Shown piece after piece: positions 59,425-64,000 of a stretch of 64,000 bases of DNA (position 1 is its first letter; each line of letters begins with the position of its first letter). The notes beneath the pieces are model-generated. The model ran no database searches, had not been told where the DNA came from, and saw nothing but the letters and a program-made list of their open reading frames with translations. The DNA is from Verrucomicrobiota bacterium (GTDB lineage: Bacteria > Verrucomicrobiota > Verrucomicrobiia > Palsa-1439): the NCBI GenBank assembly GCA_016871575.1, contig VHCW01000003.1, forward strand, positions 36,835-100,834, in the 5' to 3' direction. The translations under genes and the position numbers were made by a program.

Positions 59425-59450
59425 GTAATGACCGTTACAATATTGTGTAA
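59425..59450. repeat. Second copy of the 28-bp palindromic element (GTAATGACCGTTACAATATTGTGTAA)
   Basis: See 58557..58584. Confidence 0.4.
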
Positions 59451-59567
59451 CTCTGGTTTTGTTTCAGGTCTGCCTGCCGCGCGCGCTGTGGGTACTGGGG
59501 GTGAGCGGGTGACGGTGGCCATTGAAAAAAAGAGCGAGGGGTTTTCCATTGGCTGACGTATCACTGG

Positions 59568-59864
59568 TTGATGAACCACCAGGACGACCAACTTCACCGG
59601 CTCCTCCAGCAATGGAAGGAGATTGAGCCGCCCGCCCATTTCGACGCGCAAGTCTGGCGTCGCCTCCGACAGAGGAAACCAACCTTTGCAGACTGGTTGC
59701 GCCTGTGGCTGCCGCGACCGGCGTTTGCGCTCGGCGCTGCCGCTCTTGTCGGCGCTGCCATCGGCGTGGCTGGCGGATGGTTCTCCGTCACGCCCGCGAG
59801 TGGGTTCGGGTTGCTCGGACCGGACACGCTGGCCGGCGGTTACGTCCGCATGGCCCAGAGGTAA
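59568..59864 (+). CDS. Small single-pass membrane protein, candidate anti-sigma factor
   Basis: 98 aa with a cytoplasmic N-terminus and one TM (AFALGAAALVGAAIGVAGGWF). Sits between the ECF sigma and the LTxxQ periplasmic protein. Confidence 0.4.
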   Translation: MMNHQDDQLHRLLQQWKEIEPPAHFDAQVWRRLRQRKPTFADWLRLWLPRPAFALGAAALVGAAIGVAGGWFSVTPASGFGLLGPDTLAGGYVRMAQR

Positions 59865-59867
59865 ACC

Positions 59868-60305
59868 ATGAAAACCACACTCGCTCTTCTCATCGTCACC
59901 GCCATCGTGGCGACGACTGCATTTGGCGTCGCGCGATCGCTGCGTTCGCGCCCGCTTGAACTTCACGACACGGCGTGGCTCCGTCATGAGTTGAAGTTGA
60001 CTGACGCTCAAACCGCCGAGGTTGCCAAACTCGAAGCCGACTTCCAAAAGAGCCTGGCCGATTGCTGCGCCGCGCACTGTGCCGCGCGCGCCGAACTCGC
60101 CGGGTCGCTGGCCGATGCGACGAAGGCCGCCGATTGCTGCGCCCGGATGTGCGCCGCGCAAAACGATTCCGAGAAAGTTGCGCTCGACCACATTTTGCGG
60201 GTCCGCGCTCTGTTGACGCCCAAGCAGCAGAAGCGTTACACGGCGTTGATCCAACAACAACTTACCGGTCCCTGCACGATGCGGATTCAACCGGCAACCA
60301 ACTGA
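59868..60305 (+). CDS. Periplasmic LTxxQ-motif protein (CpxP/Spy/ZraP/CnrX-like envelope-stress or metal sensor/chaperone family)
   Basis: Signal peptide MKTTLALLIVTAIVATTAFG. Two LTxxQ-like motifs (LKLTDAQTAEV and LLTPKQQKRY). Several CC pairs. Confidence 0.65.
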   Translation: MKTTLALLIVTAIVATTAFGVARSLRSRPLELHDTAWLRHELKLTDAQTAEVAKLEADFQKSLADCCAAHCAARAELAGSLADATKAADCCARMCAAQNDSEKVALDHILRVRALLTPKQQKRYTALIQQQLTGPCTMRIQPATN

Positions 60306-60352
60306 GATCCCGACACCGATTGGCAACATACCAACCAAAGAAAGGAACAAAC

Positions 60353-60529
60353 ATGAAAACACTGAACATCCTGATGGTGGCGCTGATATTGGGCGCTGCT
60401 CCATTGTGGGCGCAGTGCGGCTCGGGCTGCGACAAGTCCAAGTCCAAGGGCAAGTGTTGCTGCAAGCAATGCGGCGACCCCTGCCCGAACAAGGACTGCA
60501 AGTGCCCGTCCTGCCCGTCCAAGAAGTAG
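60353..60529 (+). CDS. Secreted cysteine-rich, lysine-rich small peptide (58 aa; 11 Cys in the 38-aa predicted mature part), metallothionein-like
   Basis: Strong RBS AAAGGAACAAAC then ATG. Signal-peptide-like MKTLNILMVALILGAAPLWA, then QCGSGCDKSKSKGKCCCKQCGDPCPNKDCKCPSCPSKK with CxC, CCC and CxxC clusters. Confidence 0.5.
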   Translation: MKTLNILMVALILGAAPLWAQCGSGCDKSKSKGKCCCKQCGDPCPNKDCKCPSCPSKK

Positions 60530-60698
60530 TCCCTCCGCCACACAAGGCCGCCCGGTCATACCCTCTATGGCCGGGCGCGCTCTTCAATGACACAGGCTGA
60601 GAAACTGCAGGGTTGTTGGATGCGCCACGCGACGTGTTGGTAGCTGAAGTCAGTCAATTCGCGGCTCGACCGAGCCAGGCAAACGCCTTGCGAGAAGC

Positions 60699-61676
60699 TC
60701 AAACTCCCGCTTTGATGTCCGTTGTGTCAGCGCGCGAGAAAAAAAGCACCTGCGTGAAAAGGGCGCCTTCCGTCCGCTGCCCCAGAACGTTGTCATTCTC
60801 CAGATGGAATCCTGCTGTTTCCAAGTGTGAGATGAGTTGTTCCAGTTCTTTCACCGGGTGAATCTCGGAGACATGAACCTCAATGAACATCCGTCGGATC
60901 CGCTGGAGCGTCGCCACCGGCGTATTGAGGAAGATCTCAAACTCGGCGCCTTCCACGTCGCACTTCAAAAGATCCACAGCGTCCAGTCGTTGCCCGTCGA
61001 GCAGATCGGTCAGGCTGACAGTGCCGACCTCCTCAAAAGTGTTTCGGCCTGTCCCGAAATGATTGGTCCATGATTCATCAATCGAGTAGCTGGCGGCGTT
61101 TCGGATGTCACCGTGATGGATCTTCACGATGCCGCCCGTTCGTCCGGTGACCGCCCGATGCAGCACTTCGTGCGTGTCTCCCCCGTTCAAGGCAACCTGC
61201 TTCACCGCCTGCTCGAAGGTCTCCCGGCTTGCCTCGACGGCCACCACCCGTTTGGCTCTATCCAACATGGCGGAGGTGAAATAGCCGACATTTGCGCCCA
61301 GATCCACGACGTTGCCTAGCGGGCCTTCCAGGGACTTGATCCGATAAACGTCGGTGAAGAACACCTCCTTGAGCGTCGCCCAATCCGAGCCATTCGGCCT
61401 GATCAGCGCGATCGTACTCCCCATATCGATCTGATACTCATCCCCGCCGGTCATGGTCCAGCCTTGAACACCTGATGTGAAGAGCCAATCCCACAACACC
61501 TCACTGCCCGCACGCCGCGACAGGAGAACCGACTGTCCGTTGAGAAACTCCACAACAAACGGTTGATGGGTAAAAAGGCACGTGCGCCAGAAAACCTGAT
61601 ACGGATGCACAAACAGCTTTCGGCAGAGCCTCAGCCGGCGCAAAGAAAACAGATTGGGAATGCGCTTTGATCTCAT
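60699..61676 (-). CDS. FkbM-family SAM-dependent methyltransferase
   Basis: VVDLGANVGYFT (motif I), VVAVEASRETFEQ, LLKCDVEGAEFEIF are typical of FkbM-family MTases. Confidence 0.7.
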   Translation of the reverse strand: MRSKRIPNLFSLRRLRLCRKLFVHPYQVFWRTCLFTHQPFVVEFLNGQSVLLSRRAGSEVLWDWLFTSGVQGWTMTGGDEYQIDMGSTIALIRPNGSDWATLKEVFFTDVYRIKSLEGPLGNVVDLGANVGYFTSAMLDRAKRVVAVEASRETFEQAVKQVALNGGDTHEVLHRAVTGRTGGIVKIHHGDIRNAASYSIDESWTNHFGTGRNTFEEVGTVSLTDLLDGQRLDAVDLLKCDVEGAEFEIFLNTPVATLQRIRRMFIEVHVSEIHPVKELEQLISHLETAGFHLENDNVLGQRTEGALFTQVLFFSRADTTDIKAGV

Positions 61677-61861
61677 CGAGGAAATCTCTTCACTCTGGCA
61701 GGCGTTCTGTCACAGCAGGAAACAGCCCACAAGTTGAAATACAAAAGGCGATGGTTTTTCGGGGCGCAACGCATGACAGGTTGATGAACAATCAACTGCT
61801 CCTCCAAGAACGGAAGGAGATCGGACCGCCGCCTGACTGCGCTCGCTGCGTTCGCGCCCCA

Positions 61862-62302
61862 TTACGAAACGCGCACTTTGACGACCACCTTCGTCACCGG
61901 CGCGGGTTTGTCCAGCGCCGTGCAGGGCATGTGGGCGTCCTCAGGGAACAGGATGACAAACCAACCGGCCGGTACCGTCACGAAATCGCCCTCGCCTTTG
62001 TAGAACGCAACATCCCGGCTATCATCGTACGGTTCACTCAGTTTGAGGCGGTGGATGTTCGCCCATCCAATCCGCTCGATGCCGGCGGCGACATACTGGA
62101 CGTCAATGTATTTGCGATGCGCTTCCCATTTGCCCGCGGACTGCGGCTTGGTTTCGTACTGTTGGACGAGCGCGTACACTTTATCGCCGTCCAAGTCGTA
62201 GCGGCCTGTTTCGCGTTTGGCTCGCACCGACGCCAACGCCAGCGCGATTCGTTGTCCCAGCCCGCCGTAGAGTGCGGCATTTTCGATTCGGTCAATAATC
62301 AT
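61862..62302 (-). CDS. YhcH/YjgK/YiaL family protein (DUF386, EbgC/NanQ-like cupin)
   Basis: 146 aa starting MIIDRIENAALY, with the ATG checked at 62300-62302. The upstream 560 aa of track ORF 61862..63982 are an antisense artefact. Confidence 0.65.
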   Translation of the reverse strand: MIIDRIENAALYGGLGQRIALALASVRAKRETGRYDLDGDKVYALVQQYETKPQSAGKWEAHRKYIDVQYVAAGIERIGWANIHRLKLSEPYDDSRDVAFYKGEGDFVTVPAGWFVILFPEDAHMPCTALDKPAPVTKVVVKVRVS

Positions 62303-62365
62303 GGCTTCTAAGTACCGCACCGAAATCTCCTTTACAAGGCGGAACTCACCGCTACGCTGGCGCCC

Positions 62366-63334
62366 ATGACAGTTCGATTTGGCATTCTCGGCGCCGGCAG
62401 AATCCTCGCCAAGATCGGCACGGCGTTCAGCCTGGCGCGCGGCGCGAAGCTTGTCGCCATCGCCAGCCGCGACAAGGCGCGCGTGGAGGCGGCGGCCCGG
62501 CAATACGGCGCGGCGCGTGCGCACACCGGCTACGAGGCGTTGATCGCGGACCCGGAGGTGGACGCCGTGTTCAACGCGCTCCACAACGGCCTGCACTGCG
62601 AATGGACCGTGCGCGCGCTCGAAGCGGGGAAACACGTGCTCTGCGAAAAACCGCTTGCGTGCTCGACGGCGGAAGTGGACCGGATGTTTGCGGCGGCGCA
62701 CGCGCATCGCCGACAATTGATGGAAGGGTTCATGTACCGGTTTCATCCGCAGATGATCGAGGCGGCGCGCCGGGTGCGCGCCGGCGAACTCGGTCGGCTG
62801 CTCCACATCCGCGCCAGCTACGCGACGCGCGGACGCGAGCCGGAAAATCCGCGTTACTGGCCTGACGCCGGCGGCGGTGCATTGATGGATGTCGGGTGTT
62901 ACTGCGTGAATGCGTCGCTTCTGTTGGCCGGGAGAACGCCTGAACATGCCACGGCACGGGCGCGTTTTGCCGGCGGTGTGGACATGACGTTGAGCGGCGT
63001 GCTCGATTTTGGGGGCGGGTCGGCGTCGCACATCCTGTGCAGCTTCGAGTCGGAAGGCGTGTATGGTGTTGAAGTCGTCGGCACCGAAGCGAAGCTGGTG
63101 ATTCCGAATCCGTGGCTGCCGCCGGGCGGCGTGGGGGAGGTTCACGTGACGAGCGGCGGACAGACGGAGGTGGTGCGGCTGGCAACGCCGCATCCCTTGT
63201 CCCATTTCGCGGCGGAGATCGAGCATTTTGCGGAGTGCGTCCACGAGAACCGCGCGCCGACGATGGTGCCGGAGGCGGACTCGCGCCAGACAATGCGCGT
63301 GATCGAGATGCTGCTGGCGTCGGCAAGGCGATGA
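62366..63334 (+). CDS. Gfo/Idh/MocA family oxidoreductase (cytoplasmic)
   Basis: FGILGAGRI Rossmann motif. CEKP motif. 322 aa. Confidence 0.8.
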   Translation: MTVRFGILGAGRILAKIGTAFSLARGAKLVAIASRDKARVEAAARQYGAARAHTGYEALIADPEVDAVFNALHNGLHCEWTVRALEAGKHVLCEKPLACSTAEVDRMFAAAHAHRRQLMEGFMYRFHPQMIEAARRVRAGELGRLLHIRASYATRGREPENPRYWPDAGGGALMDVGCYCVNASLLLAGRTPEHATARARFAGGVDMTLSGVLDFGGGSASHILCSFESEGVYGVEVVGTEAKLVIPNPWLPPGGVGEVHVTSGGQTEVVRLATPHPLSHFAAEIEHFAECVHENRAPTMVPEADSRQTMRVIEMLLASARR

Positions 63335-63445
63335 TGCTTGCGTTCGTATCCAGAGCGATTCTGAATATCGGAGTTTTTCATTTGACGGCGTGAGCGGGTT
63401 TGGTAGCATCCGCGCCCACTGCACAGAAACCCAGAAGCAATATAG

Positions 63446-64000
<555 letters not shown>

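Noticed and set aside
58890-60593. 567-aa minus-strand ORF
   Set aside because: It spans four + strand genes (PaaX-like, membrane protein, LTxxQ, Cys-rich peptide). Those have RBSs, signal peptides or family motifs. Its translation is low complexity.

Overview
High-GC (~65%) bacterial chromosome segment, gene-dense, with many 4-bp ATGA start/stop overlaps. The gene content (Tat-exported Gfo/Idh/MocA oxidoreductases, HEAT-repeat proteins, DUF1080 proteins, PQQ beta-propeller proteins) suggests a Planctomycetes/Verrucomicrobia-like organism, but that is inference only. I found no rRNA, tRNA or CRISPR array by eye. The window splits into three themes. (1) About 1-20 kb: a glycoside phosphorylase/glycosyltransferase pair, then a light and photo-oxidative-stress gene set. 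This holds a LOV-type PAS protein lacking the adduct-forming cysteine, staphyloxanthin-type C30 carotenoid genes (crtQ, crtO, two CrtI/CrtN-family desaturases, an aldehyde dehydrogenase), and an FeS-BCP/CryB-type photolyase translationally coupled to a rifampin-phosphotransferase-like PEP-utilising enzyme. A nitroreductase, a PNPOx-like protein and a VapBC module are interleaved. (2) About 20-36 kb: housekeeping and transport genes (SLC13 permease, CNNM/CorC, Usp, pyruvate kinase, a histidine kinase/response regulator pair, Na/Pi cotransporter) plus a 1285-aa secreted PQQ-propeller/methyltransferase-like/malectin protein. (3) About 36-58 kb: a large periplasmic oxidative glycoside-processing locus. 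It carries six Gfo/Idh/MocA paralogs (five Tat-exported, three in a tandem array), two HEAT-repeat paralogs, xylose-isomerase-like TIM-barrel proteins including a ThuA-TIM fusion, two DUF1080 proteins and a sugar ABC transporter. Lower-GC toxin-antitoxin-like inserts sit inside it. The 3' end holds an ECF sigma / membrane protein / LTxxQ periplasmic protein module with a secreted metallothionein-like peptide. A PaaX-like regulator flanked by 28-bp palindromic repeats interrupts that module. After it come an FkbM methyltransferase, a YhcH-family protein, another Gfo/Idh/MocA gene and the start of gap. Most long ORFs in the six-frame track that lie antisense to these genes are high-GC artefacts. 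The track prints M for GTG/TTG starts.
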